DNA of 64,000 nucleotides from Eledone cirrhosa (Eukaryota): NCBI GenBank assembly GCA_964016885.1, contig OZ024741.1, positions 358,608,001 to 358,672,000 of the forward strand, read 5' to 3'. Shown piece by piece: positions 51,093 to 62,459 of this stretch (position 1 is its first letter; each line of letters starts with the position of its first letter). The notes under the pieces were generated by a model. It saw only the letters and a program-made list of their open reading frames with translations, ran no database searches and was not told where the DNA came from. The position numbers and the translations under genes were made by a program.

Positions 51093-51095
<3 letters not shown>
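50822..51095 (+). mobile_element. 5'-truncated copy of the tRNA-SINE at 32738-33082
   Basis: High-identity reverse complement of 32738-33005. Confidence 0.85.
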
Positions 51096-51142
<47 letters not shown>

Positions 51143-51146
<4 letters not shown>

Positions 51147-51478
51147 CGTAAAGACCCCTTCAGTCACAATGACCTTGGGATTTGCATCTAGAAAGTTCTC
51201 CTCCGAGACACAAGTCTGGGCAAGGTTGTTTGTGGAAGACCAGCAGCCGTCCATGCATATCGGTCCTCACTCTCCATGCCACTGATGTTGTCCAAGGGAA
51301 AGGCAAATGCCGATACACTTGGCACCAGTGACATCGTAACTCATTTCTACAGCTGAGTAAATTGGAGCAATGTGAAATAAAGTGTCCTTCTCAAGAACAC
51401 AACACAAAGCCCAGTCTGAGAATCAAACTCACAACTTCGTGATTGAAAGCCTCATGCTCTAACCACTAAGCCATGCAT
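51143..51478 (-). mobile_element. tRNA-derived SINE (same head and core, different 3' part)
   Basis: AACCACTAAGCCATG and GGAGCAATGTGAAATAAAGTGTC are shared with 32960-33082. Confidence 0.75.
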
Positions 51479-51495
51479 TTTATCATCACAATATA

Positions 51496-52325
51496 TCATC
51501 ATCACCGTTTTATGTCCATTCTTCCATGCTAGCATGGGTTAGACGGGTTGTCCTGTTGTGGGCAGTGCCCAGTCGGCTGACCTTGTCTTGCTTATACAAG
51601 AACTGATTTTGACTTGATTTCTACAGCTGGATGCCCTTCCTAACACCAACCTCATTTACATTGAGTGCAGGGTCCTTTTTTTCAGTGGCATCTACACAAC
51701 CAATTTACAGTGTGGGCTGGGTGCGTTTTTGCCTTGGCACCTCCACGACCACTTTGCAGTGGGAGGGGGTCGGGGCATATTGTCTATATGCTTCAGCTTC
51801 GGCTTGTACCCGTGGGAAGTCTGGTCTTCTGTATTACTGTGTGACACCAGAAGTCACAGTCCTGTGTCATCACCTATGAGTGGTGCAATTGGGTAAGGTC
51901 GGCTTTTATCACCCCATCCCAGGTCTTCTTGGGTCTCCTCACTCCATGATTTCCATTGACTTCTAGTGTTCTACACCTTTTTATGCAGCCGTCATTCTTC
52001 ATACACATCACATGTCCATACCAACACATCCTCCTCTTCTGCACACAGAATTTGATTCATCTTATGCTCAGTCTCTATCTCAATTCCTTTATGCTTTGCC
52101 ATTCACGTATATTACTATTACACATCTATCGGAGCATGCAGGCTTCGTTTCTTTCTAATCTACTCAAGTCTTCTACACACAACACCCAGGTCTCACTACC
52201 ATGTAACATTGCTGTTTGTATGCATGCATCATACAGTCTGCCTTTCATTTTGAGGGAAAAGCCTTTTGCAGCTAGCAGTGGCAGTAGCTCCCTGAACTTC
52301 TTCCATCCCATTCTTACCCTGGTTT
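51496..52325 (-). mobile_element. 5'-truncated RTE LINE
   Basis: Paralog of 48706-49625 (RVRMGWKKFRELLPLLAAKGFSL...MLHGSETW) with a (CAT)n tail. Confidence 0.9.
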
Positions 52326-53291
52326 CTTCCCCGTCCTCTCTTTCCTTCATTCCATGTGTGCGTGGGTGTTTGAGTGTATGTGAGTGGGCGATAGGTGTGT
52401 GTTGATGCATAATAAATAACTTGATTTCCTCCACCTCTAACCACCATCTCCTCCTCCTCCCTATCCACCTTTTGCTATGAAGTTATAGCCATTGACTGAA
52501 CTTCTAACCAGGCTAGCAATAACCCTGTGAGATACCCATGTGACCTGCCAAAATAATACACCGATGTGACTCATTCACACAACAATGCCTCTTGTCATGT
52601 CGATTTTCTTTTGAATTCTTTTTTCTTTCTCCTGCACTTTCTCACCACTCAGTTGATGTTATTTTCAGTCTTCCTCTTTTTCCTCTCTTCCCCCCTTCCT
52701 TTCGCTCTTTTCCCTTAAATATATATATTTGAGTGTGTGTAATAGTTTGTATATATTTCTAAATCTATTTGTTATATTATTATCATTGCCTTTATTGTGC
52801 TGGGATACCATTTATTCTATTCTACATGCACACTAGGAAAATATACAAATTCAAGTGAACTGAATTCACAATGAAATTTCACTTATATTGCACAGAGCAC
52901 TGGAAAAACAGCTTTATTTGGTAGCAAGCTCCCAAATGAGCTGACAGGCAGGAACTACTTGCAACAGTGAAACAAATTGAAGCTTACCTGTATGAGCATG
53001 CATCTCACAATAATTCCATGCCCAAACCTATTCTCCATGACATAGTTCATGGAAGGTAAAAAAATACCAAGAAAATCTTGGTCTGACAACATCAAGACTT
53101 CTACGTCTCAACATGACCCTTCTGTGATTGCTGACTGCCAGATTGTCAAGAGTGGCACCTTGAAGATGATGATGATGACACAGTAGCATCAATGAAACTG
53201 ATAAAAGCCAAAGAAGTGTATTTGAAAATTATTACCCATTTCTGGGAAATGTAATCTTTAAAATCTCATCCTTATTTTACTATAATTTCAG

Positions 53292-53382
53292 TATTGGGAT
53301 AATGACTTGGAATATGTGGCACAGAAGTGGGCAGAAAATTGCTATTTTGAGCATGATCAATCTTTACAGCGATGGATACCAG
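53292..53382 (+). CDS. CAP/CRISP-family gene exon (YWDNDLEYVAQKWAENCYFEHDQSLQRWIP-G)
   Basis: TTTCAG| acceptor; WDxxLxxxAQxWAxxCxxxH signature; donor CAG|GCAAGT (GC-AG), required for phase 1. Confidence 0.95.
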
Positions 53383-53439
53383 GCAAGTAATTTTTTTTTT
53401 TTTTTACTCTTTTACCTGTTCTAGCTAAATGGCTGAGGC

Positions 53440-55400
53440 CATGCTGGGGCACCACCATGACCACTACACTTTCTATAGCCAGCTTTCCTTGGTTGGTCAT
53501 TAATGTAAGAGGGAGTTTGTCACTGCTGCCCTTATTTGCACTTGTGCTGTGGCTTCATCTAGGATCTTGGTTAGCAGAATGTCAAAATATTTCTTGAAAA
53601 CATCAACATCCACACCATGTAGATCGCACAGGCTATTGCAGTAGCTGGTTCTTATACTAGATATGAAGGATGGGACCTTTTGCACTACACTGTGGCATCC
53701 TGTTTGAGGGTTAGTCTGGCTCTCAATTCCAAAGTTTGGTACTAGTCCTTCGTGGATCTTCCATATGTACACCACTGCATATCTCTTCCATCTTTGTTCA
53801 AGAGAATAGGGCTTTAGTTCTTTCAACCTCTCCCAGTAGCTCATCTTCTTCATTGAGGCCATCTTATTGGTGATACTTTGCTTCAAGTTCTGCAATTAAC
53901 TTGACACTGTGTTGTGACCATGGCTGAGGAAAAATGTCTTCCAGAGGACCAACATAGTTTGCTGGTCTTTTGTTCTGAAAGTCCTCAGAATCGAACCAGT
54001 CAGTCATCAACACAATGCTGCAATTTTTGTGGTGTGTGCATGAAATGATTTTTCATTGCTCATGTCAATACTTAGGTCCTATATTGATTTTAACAGGAGG
54101 ATTTTGATTCTTTCTGGTTCGGTGTAGCTTTGTTGTAGCGGCCTTGTGTTTTTGTGGGTTGATAGCAGAGGGCTTGAAATTTTCTGGCATTAAATAGTTT
54201 ATTGTTGTCCTCTAACCATTTGTATATGGTATCCAAATCTTATTGTAATAGAATAGCAACAGCTGGATTCTTGATTGCCTGTGCTACTTTATGTCATCAA
54301 TATGGCTGTCTGTAATATGGAGGACATGTCTGTGAAAGTTACTACAAACTATAGTGGTCCCAAGATAGTTCTCTGGAGTACACCACTTGTTATTGATGTT
54401 TCCCTTGAGAGGGCCCCATTGGCTACAACAATATGGCTTCTGTCTTTTGAAAAGTCATGAAGCTGTTCACATATTTTTCCAGCTATGCCAAAACTATATA
54501 GTTTGTGACAGATCATGATCAACCTTGTCAAAGGCTTCGCAAATTTGAGATATATCACATCCACATTTGAATGGTCTAACAGCTGTTTCAGTACCCAGTC
54601 ACAATGGTGTAAGAGCTGTGTAAGGCAGCTTCTTCCCAAGTGAAAACTATGCTGGCTGTCAGTTTATGGGCCATTTTTCTCTAGGAACACAATCAGTTTC
54701 CTTCTGATGATTCGCTCCATGACTTGTTTGATATGTGAGGTCAGGGAGACAGGCCTGTAGGTTTTAGCATCTGCTCTGCTTCCTCCTTAATGAATAGAAC
54801 ATATGATGCCTTCTTTTAGTTTTCCAGATAGTTTACTATTTGCAAGGAACTTTGGAAGAGCGTCTGCAGTGGTTTAGCTAAGGTTCGTTTGTATGTTTTT
54901 AGGAGGATTGCTGGAAATCCATTAGAACGAGCTTCATTAATTCTTTCTCTGTTTTATTTGTGGTGGTCTTGAATGTTGGTGTGAAAGAGTTGGCTTTGTA
55001 TCTGATGTAGCCAAGTCAATTGTCTCCCAATCTTTTCTGCCATGTCTAAAAAAGATTGTTGCTCCACTGCTACAGTTTGTACTGCATCTGCATGCTGTCT
55101 CCTTTTCATCGAGGCAGTATGTGCAATATCAGTATATTTCCTGTACAATAACCTTGTATACTGTGATGTTTGCCCATGTTAGTTTTGGCTGGAGTATTTG
55201 GGATGAGCAGATTGGGTGCACATGAGGTTTGCATTGAGTGAATCTACAGCCTATCCCTGCTTCTCCCTGCCAGCAGATCCTCTTGAAAATCTTACAGAGT
55301 ACTTGAGCTTTCTTTTTTCCCAGAGTCCCACTTTCTCCTAGTTCTGTTCTTTTTTGCTTTAACAGCTTTTTACTGGTCATTTCCTGCCTGATTAGTTGCT
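53440..55400 (-). mobile_element. Degenerate CR1-group LINE: ORF1 PHD-finger relic plus RT and 3' region, endonuclease apparently deleted
   Basis: GRSCLTQLL...VDVIYLKFAK, SGVLQRTILGPL and MSYWERLKELKPYSLE; upstream CKIF...IGCRFTQCKPHVHPIC...IY*YCTYC. Confidence 0.8.
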
Positions 55401-55499
55401 CCTTTCTTACTGAAGTCCACCTAGTGGCTCCTTATTTTGCCTTTACAGTATTCTAGAGTTTCATTTTATTCAACAAAATGATAATTGTTTAACAAAGTG

Positions 55500-55820
55500 A
55501 AAAGTTTCAATACATATCTCAGAAAGAAAATCTGGGTATAAGAGGAATAAGATGAAGTGTACAAGAGAGAAGAGTGCATTGGTTTGGAAAAATGATGCAT
55601 ATAAATGAGGAACACGGGGAAAAGAAGTACCAGGTAATGCTAGTGAAGGAAGCTGTGGCAGAGGAAGACTGAAAGAAACCTGGGAAAAATTGGTTAGAGC
55701 TGATCTCAAAACACTGAACCTCATAGAAGAGATGACAAAGGAATATTGTAGGGAGGCTGTGCTGGAAAGGACCTGTTCAACCCATGAAAGCTTTGAAAAG
55801 TGGACATAAAATAATGATAT
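55500..55820 (+). mobile_element. Degenerate RTE 3' end
   Basis: GGCAGAGGAAGACTGAAAGAAACCTGG (GRGRxKxTW) and GAAAAGTGGACATAAAATAATGAT terminus. Confidence 0.6.
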
Positions 55821-55829
55821 GATCGTTCA

Positions 55830-56160
55830 TCAGTTTCGACGATGAGCATAAAAAGTTTCAATAAACTGAACATCAAACTCGTGGATTAATATGTATATGG
55901 TTGTGTATTCCACAGATACATATACTCTTAAATAGTTCCCAAACCAAACCAAATCAATGTACCACAATATGAGACAAGGCTGGGGCTTTGAATTACAGGT
56001 ACTATCAATCTGACAGGTGTCCATACAGTTTCTGCCTATAGAATTTCTTTCACAAAGCTTGGGTTGACCCAATGTCATGCTAAAGAAAGTTACACTAGAT
56101 ACAACACAATGGGATTGAACCTGAGACCTCATAATTATGAAACCACTCAGCCATACCTGT
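55830..56160 (-). mobile_element. Degenerate tRNA-derived SINE
   Basis: Minus strand: TGGCTGAGTGGTT A box and AGGTTCAATCCC B box. Confidence 0.6.
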
Positions 56161-56583
56161 CTTCACTTGGTAGTATATACTACTGATTGAATACATAAAT
56201 CAACATTCTTGTTTTTATTTAGCTCTATTGAGTATATCTATTATTAAATATGTTCCAGCTATGTCCATTCCATTGTTTTTCAGACATAATGCAACTAAAA
56301 CTATATTATCCAATATGTTCTCCTTTTTTCTATAAAGGAGATTTAGTTGCTATTTCTAACAGGTTGAGCTCCATTGTAGCTCTCACTTATAAAACAACAG
56401 TAGTATGAGGTGTCAGTTATGAGGTTTCAGCACATCTTCCTCACATATCTTTGGGAATAACACATTTACTATTTGATTATCTCAAAAGCTAATGAATAAA
56501 TCTTGAAACATAATTAATACAATGACCATATTATTCTCTCTGGTTACAAAATGAAAATCGATTGACAGAAGTGAAGTAATTAA

Positions 56584-56822
56584 CCTTTTGCGACTGCATT
56601 TCTAATGAAATACACTATATTTCAATTAACTGATGAAGAATTGGGAGGGATTTACTAAAATTATTAATAATTTCATTACTAAGATAATATTTGTAACACA
56701 ATTTAACATATGGTTTGTATATAATATTATGTTGGAAGGTTTTGATTTTAGGAACTTTTTTAAATGTCTGGCTTTGTTTCATAAAATGAGAGGTAGTTTG
56801 GACCGGGTTGGTATCAGAAGAG
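56584..56822. mobile_element. piggyBac-like MITE, opposite orientation to the 39473 and 59890 copies
   Basis: TTAA-flanked; GGGTTGGTATCAGAAGAG|TTAA is the reverse complement of the TTTTGATACCAAC end. Confidence 0.65.
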
Positions 56823-56885
56823 TTAAATTCCTCTAACCAATACTAATATGGAAGGTCAGGTGTTAAAATGATTTGGATATTTTAG

Positions 56886-57022
56886 GAAAATTTGATTCTG
56901 GACAGAATTTGGCACGTGGATTTGATAGTTGGCAAACTTCTATAAATGGATGGTACAAAGAAATAAAAGACTTCACCTTTAATGGAAGTAATGTTTTAAG
57001 AAAAGTAGCACATTACACCCAG
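56886..57022 (+). CDS. CAP/CRISP-family gene exon (G-KFDSGQNLARGFDSWQTSINGWYKEIKDFTFNGSNVLRKVAHYTQ)
   Basis: TTTTAG| acceptor and CAG|GTAAGA donor; 137 nt; CAP4 motif GQNLA, WxxE and CAP1 motif HYTQ. Confidence 0.96.
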
Positions 57023-57311
57023 GTAAGAATAATATAGCTAATTAATTAATTATGAGAAAAATGACTGATTATTACAATTGGAAAATGTTTATCAAATTCT
57101 AGATTTTTAAAAATTGTCATACTAATAGATAGTAAACAAATCAAAGAAAAGAATAGTTCAGATTTTAAGGTTCAAATACCTATCCTGTAAAATATGTCTC
57201 ATTTGAAATTAATAATTTCAGTATATAAAAAATCTGTTTTAAATTGATTGCTCTTACTGTAGAAATATATAATCCGACCAAGTTCAATTTTGCATTTCAT
57301 CCTTCTGAGGT

Positions 57312-58434
57312 GCACTGTGCAGGCTTCCTTGAGAAGATGAGTATTTCGGTTTTTGAAGCACTGGTTTTCATTCCAGCCATGTAGAACTTGGCATCAAACC
57401 TATAGAGTGCAAGTCAGAGATCACCTTCTGTCAAGTTAAGTAACACCATGTCGTCTGCAAATTCCAGCCGACTGATTTTACGCCCACCAGTCAAGATACC
57501 AATTTCAACGTAGCTGCACATGTCAATCCTGTTTATGTAAATAATTGTTTCTACTTTTGGCACAAGGCCAGCAATTACCCAGTGCATTACTGGTACTTTA
57601 TTTTATCGACCCTGTCAGGATGGAAGGCAAAGTTAACCTCGGCGTGATTTGAACTCAGATCATAAAGGGCTGTAACTATGCTGCAAAGCATGGTTTCTGA
57701 CTCTCTACCAATGCTGCCAATATGTAAATAATAAACAGGAGAGGTAACAGTATGCACCCTTGAATGGTTTCGATTTAGTACCATTTATTTGAACACAAAT
57801 ACTCTGGCATTCATATAGAGACATGTAAATGGAGCTCCACTGAAGCAGGTAGAGAAGTTCACAGTGATGGAAGACTGGAGGTTGAATTAAGTGCAAGAAT
57901 TGTAAAAGCTGGTGAAGTAATGCACCAGCTTCAGAAATCAGAAGGGAGGTAGGCATAAAAGCCAAACTCACGATCTTCAGTTTGGTATTCATGTCAACCC
58001 TGACCTATGATCATAAATCTTGGATAATAACCGAAAGAATATGATAGTGAATACAAGCGACCGAAATGGGTACCTCCGAAGGGTCTTTGCTGTAATGTTA
58101 CTTGATAGAGTGCATAGCTCAGAGATCAGAGAGTCACTCCAGGTAGAGACACTACTTCTTCGAATTGAGGGATCACAGCTCCAATACTATGGCTATGGGG
58201 TTAGAATGTCCCAGGAAAGAATCACTGGACAGATTTTATGGGCAAAACCAGCTGGCAGGAGACCCAGAGGTAGACTCTGAGCAAGTTGGTTGGTTAACAT
58301 CCATGGGCTTGGTTGGTCTTGCTTGGGGGGCTCAGCTGAACAGTTGGAGACGGTCGCTTCTGACAGGACCCGCTGGAGGGAGTGTTTGAGGACTCTGCCC
58401 CTAAGACCCTTGCAGGAATAAGTGGGCGAAGAAG
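57312..58434 (+). mobile_element. 5'-inverted RTE LINE insertion (57312-~57822 on -, ~57823-58434 on +) with 13-bp TSD
   Basis: Both parts align to 39957-40870. TSD ATCCTTCTGAGGT (57299-57311) / ATCCATCTGAGGT (58435-58447); GAAGAAG tail. Confidence 0.85.
57546..57720 (-). mobile_element. SINE (second family) inserted in the RTE
   Basis: Reverse complement of the 43075 copy; 12-bp TSD TATGTAAATAAT (57534-57545 and 57721-57732). Confidence 0.85.
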
Positions 58435-58750
58435 ATCCATCTGAGGTTGATAAAATAAAGTACTAGTCAAGTAGTGAGGTCTATATAATTGACTTTCCAT
58501 TCCCTCAAAATTGCTGGCCTTGTGCTTAAATTAGACACTATTATCAGAAAAAGTTTACTTATTGACACCCAAAGAACTCTCTTTGATTTAGAATTATATT
58601 AATTTGATAAGACACATAGGTTCTGATGAATTATCTAAAATGAAAGTTCTATGGATGAGATGAAAATGTGAGATGTTGTAGAGAATGTGTATTGTTTGAA
58701 TAGAGAAGATGTGTAAAGACAATATTTTAAGTAAATTTCCAATTTTACAG

Positions 58751-58839
58751 ATGGTCTGGGGTAATACTGCTGCCATTGGATGTGGTTTTGCTGCTTGTAA
58801 AAATATAGGAAAAATGTATGCGTGCAATTATGGTCCAGG
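58751..58839 (+). CDS. CAP/CRISP-family gene exon (MVWGNTAAIGCGFAACKNIGKMYACNYGP-G)
   Basis: TTTTACAG| acceptor and AGG|GTAAGT donor; completes CAP1 (HYTQMVW) and has IGCG and CAP2 motif YACNYGP. Confidence 0.96.
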
Positions 58840-59889
58840 GTAAGTGAATGTTTGGAAACACTTTATAAAATAACATTACTAATTTTTCCACATGGAACAT
58901 CTTTATTTAGTAAATTTCGATTAAATTTTATAATGTTTGCAATAAAAAAGAAAAGGAGAAAAAGTTAAATAACAAAAACAAGGGGGAGTGGGAGTGAAAG
59001 ACTGAACACTCCAATAAAGGCAGTATATTGTAGTTGTGCTCCATGGATAAAATGGTGAGGGCATTGCTGTGGAGAATAGTCAGTGAAGCCTACTGCATCA
59101 GCCACTCCACCTCACAAGGCTCATTGCTCAGGCAGTTACTATTATATGTTTTATGTGAGTATGGTTGTCCCATGCTGGCCTTTTAACAGGAAAAGAAATC
59201 CACAAAGTTTTAGCAGTTGATAATATACATGTTGTACATAGTAAGAAACAGAAGGTGGTTGCAATTTTGATTACAACGATCGATTGTTACAAAAAAATGA
59301 TGCAATGAAAAGAAAGAAGTTGGTACAATGGCAGAATTATTTTTAGACAAAATCTGTTTATTTTTTTAACAACATGTGCATCTGTTTGTGCAACCTGTAT
59401 GAATTTTTCTGCTGGCCAAAAAGAGAGAATAAGACAGAGAACGTGTTAGGGTGTGAAAGAGAGGGAGTTAGGAGAATAGAAACATAGTATTTTATATTAT
59501 TGCAGTTTGGTTGCAGCTAAGTAAAATTGACTAAAGTCAACTGAGTAGTCATGTGTTCTCCTGACAATGTCTATCTCAGCTTTAACTTGCCTTAGCTTCT
59601 GGTTTAATATTTTCCCAATAGTTTTTCAAAATGTGGGAAAGGGGTTTTGAATTGTAGGAAATAAAATAGCGATATGTGTACTAGAGTACATATGATTTAT
59701 TACAGTCTTGATTGAAAATATTTATGATAAAAGGAATCCCACCCATGACCATCCAGCTTCTTTTAGGCATAGTCTACACAAAATTATACCTTCCAGCAAG
59801 CACTATGTGTAATGCATGTTTGAATCTAATAGGTTTCCACTATAAATACATGGGTTGATATAGATATAGTTCTAGCAATTCATGGGCAG

Positions 59890-60129
59890 GTACTTTTTGA
59901 TACCAACCCTCCCCAACCTGCCTCTTGTTCTATGAAACAAAACTACCTCTTTTAAAGGGCTCTTATCTAAATTCAAACCTTCCAATATAATTTTATATAA
60001 AAGTCTTTTGTTTTGTTACAAATATCATTTTTATAAGGAAATAATTAATAATTTTAGTAAACCCTTCCAAATTTTTCGTTAATTAATTGAAATACATTGT
60101 ATTTCATTAGAAACATAGACATGAAAGGG
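59890..60129. mobile_element. piggyBac-like MITE (left end decayed)
   Basis: Shares TTTTGATACCAAC and GTTCTATGAAACAAAACTACCT with the 39473 copy; ends AAAGGG|TTAA. Confidence 0.7.
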
Positions 60130-60651
60130 TTAACTTTATTGGGGTATTGTAAAGTGTAGTGCTACTTTTGAACACAACTCATAGGTTCCAGTGGAACAAT
60201 GTTTGTGATGTGGAACCATATTCTGAATGGAATGCAAATTGCTTTACCAAACTACCACAACACTCAGTCATTTTGATTATGTTCTCCACAGACGTTTCAA
60301 ATATCTCAAGTTAATTTGCATGAGCACCAGTCAGTCAAGATTAAATTTCTACTGAAGAAAATAACTTCACCAATAACACAATTTCTATGTTATTTTTGTT
60401 TCAAAAATTCTGTATATCATATATAACGGGCTTAGTATTTGTAATTCAAGAATGTGTTTTTTAGCTGATTCATTTCTTCTGCATAAACTGTTCTTTTCTC
60501 CTGGATAATATGAACCTTTGACAATTTCTTTTTAAAAACTCTATGTACTATATCACCAATAAATTAATTATCTGAAGCATACATAAATGCTGATTCTCTG
60601 AAATTTTTCAGCATACTTTCATATGAATGGCTATATATTTATGTATATAAT

Positions 60652-61290
60652 CTTCTTTTCTTCACCCACTTATTCCTGAGAGGGTCGTGGGGGAAGAGTC
60701 CTCAAACACTCCCTCCTGCGGGTCCTGTCAGAAGCAACCATCTCCAACTGATTCAGCTGAACCCCCAGGCATGACCATCCAAGTTCATGGATGTTATCCA
60801 AGCATCTTGCTTGGGGTCTACCCCTGGGTTTCCTACCTGTTGGTTTCACTCATAAAAATCTGTCCAGCAATTCTTTCCTGAGACATTCTAACCACATGCC
60901 CATAATATCAGAGCTGTGATCTCTCAATTTGGAGAAGTAGTGGCTCTACCTGGAGTGACTCTCTGAACTCTGAGCTTGGCAGTGTCGGTAGAGGGTTGGA
61001 CGCCATGTTTTCTAGCATAGTTACGTCCCTTTACAGTCTGAGTTCAAATCCCGCCGAGGTTAACTTTGCCTTTCATCCTTACGGGGTCGATAAAATAAAG
61101 TACCAGTAATGTACTGGGTAATTGCTGGCCTTGTGCCTAAAGTAGAAACAATTATTGAGTAACATTACTCCAAAGACCCTTTGGAGGAACTCCATTTCGG
61201 CCACTTGTATTCGCGATCGTATTCTTTCAGTCATTACCCAAGATTCATGCCCATAGGTAAGGGTTGGCACGAAAACCGAATTTAAGACAA
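60652..61290 (-). mobile_element. 5'-truncated RTE LINE (family of 39880-42950) interrupted by a SINE
   Basis: PTLTYGHESWVMTERIRSRIQ; 60676-60975 aligns with 39955-40255. Confidence 0.85.
60977..61155 (+). mobile_element. SINE (second family)
   Basis: GAGTTCAAATCCCGCCGAGGTTAACTTTGCCTTTCATCCTTACGGGGTCGATAAAATAAAGTACCAGT. Confidence 0.85.
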
Positions 61291-61590
61291 CAAATGTATG
61301 AGTATATATATTACCCTTAATGCTCTCAATAGAAGACCAATCACATACACATCCCTCTACATATTTGTTCAGTTTTTTTTACCCCTGAATATCTATCCCT
61401 AAAATTTCTGCTGCTAACTGTTAGATCACTTGGTCCTTCTACTAGGTGGGCACTTGTCATGTTTATATTTTAATGGAATTAAAACAAAAATAATCAAGAT
61501 AGTGTTAAGTATCTAAAATAATTAAAATGCTCTCTTTCTTTTCAATTTTCAGATAACTAATTATTCTAAATACTTCATATATTTTTTCAG

Positions 61591-61655
61591 AGGAAACAGT
61601 GCTTACACATTCAACATCCCATATGTATCATGTAGTCGTCCTACATCTTTAATTG
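61591..61655 (+). CDS. CAP/CRISP-family gene exon (G-GNSAYTFNIPYVSCSRPTSLI-x); gene continues beyond the window
   Basis: TTTTTTCAG| acceptor; phase 2 entry gives CNYGPGGN...PY; TTG|GTGAGT donor in phase 1. Confidence 0.88.
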
Positions 61656-62014
61656 GTGAGTAGATAGCTTTATTTTATAATCTCTTTAACCTTCAATAAG
61701 AAACATAAACTATATATAAATTCCAACATTTCCTTCTGTGACTTTCTTAAGAGGAGTGTTAAGATAATGGATAGTAGTTTCAAGCGTTTAACATGATAAA
61801 TATCACTTTTGAAAGGAATATGTCAGTTGGATTTATTGGTCAGAGCAAGTCATATAGAGAACACAATAAAATGTATTTCTTTAACTGTTGGGAATGTTTG
61901 GAAGATGAAAGGCTGGAGTAATGAATTTTCAGAGACTAATGAATTGGACATTGAGTGCTATGTGAAAACACAAAATAGGCAGTTGATGTAAGATATATGT
62001 AGCCAGGCCAGTTT

Positions 62015-62235
62015 AAAATGGGGCTTACATTTTTACATCTGGTATGGGCATATTACCTGCATTAAGGGCCTACATTTCACATCAGACCTGAAACTATTAC
62101 CAAATTTTGATGGTTTACATTTCATATCAGGCTTAGGCCTATTACCAACTTTGGACTAGCCTTTATTTGATATCTAGCTTGGGCCTATTATCAACTTTTG
62201 GGGACTACATTTCACAACCTATTACCAGATTTGCA
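62015..62235. repeat. Degenerate ~40-bp minisatellite
   Basis: Recurring GGGCCTACATTTCAC / GGCCTATTACCAACTTT motifs. Confidence 0.6.
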
Positions 62236-62459
62236 CAAGATTGTGTGCAGCAAAGAATGATTGAGAAATATGTTGGAAAAAATGATGGTATCATATTTAA
62301 AGATGTTAGTCCTCACAGATAAGATGAAGGCAAGCAACCACCTAGAATTTACTTCCCTTGCTCAAAAAGATCAATAATTCATAGAATGGTAAACTATGAT
62401 CTTGTAATGACTCATCAATTCTCCCCAGCTCCAACAAATAATTAAAAAAAGTACATTAA

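Larger units (their letters stand above)
57270..58545 (+). mobile_element. Host SINE (second family) split by the RTE insertion (57270-57311 and 58435-58545)
   Basis: TTTGCATTTCATCCTTCTGAGGT continues as ..GAGGTTGATAAAATAAAGTACTAGT after the insertion. Confidence 0.75.

Noticed and set aside
53383-53390. Canonical GT donor at 53387 for the CAP exon
   Set aside because: It gives phase 2 and breaks the frame into the GQNLA exon; the GC donor at 53383 fits.
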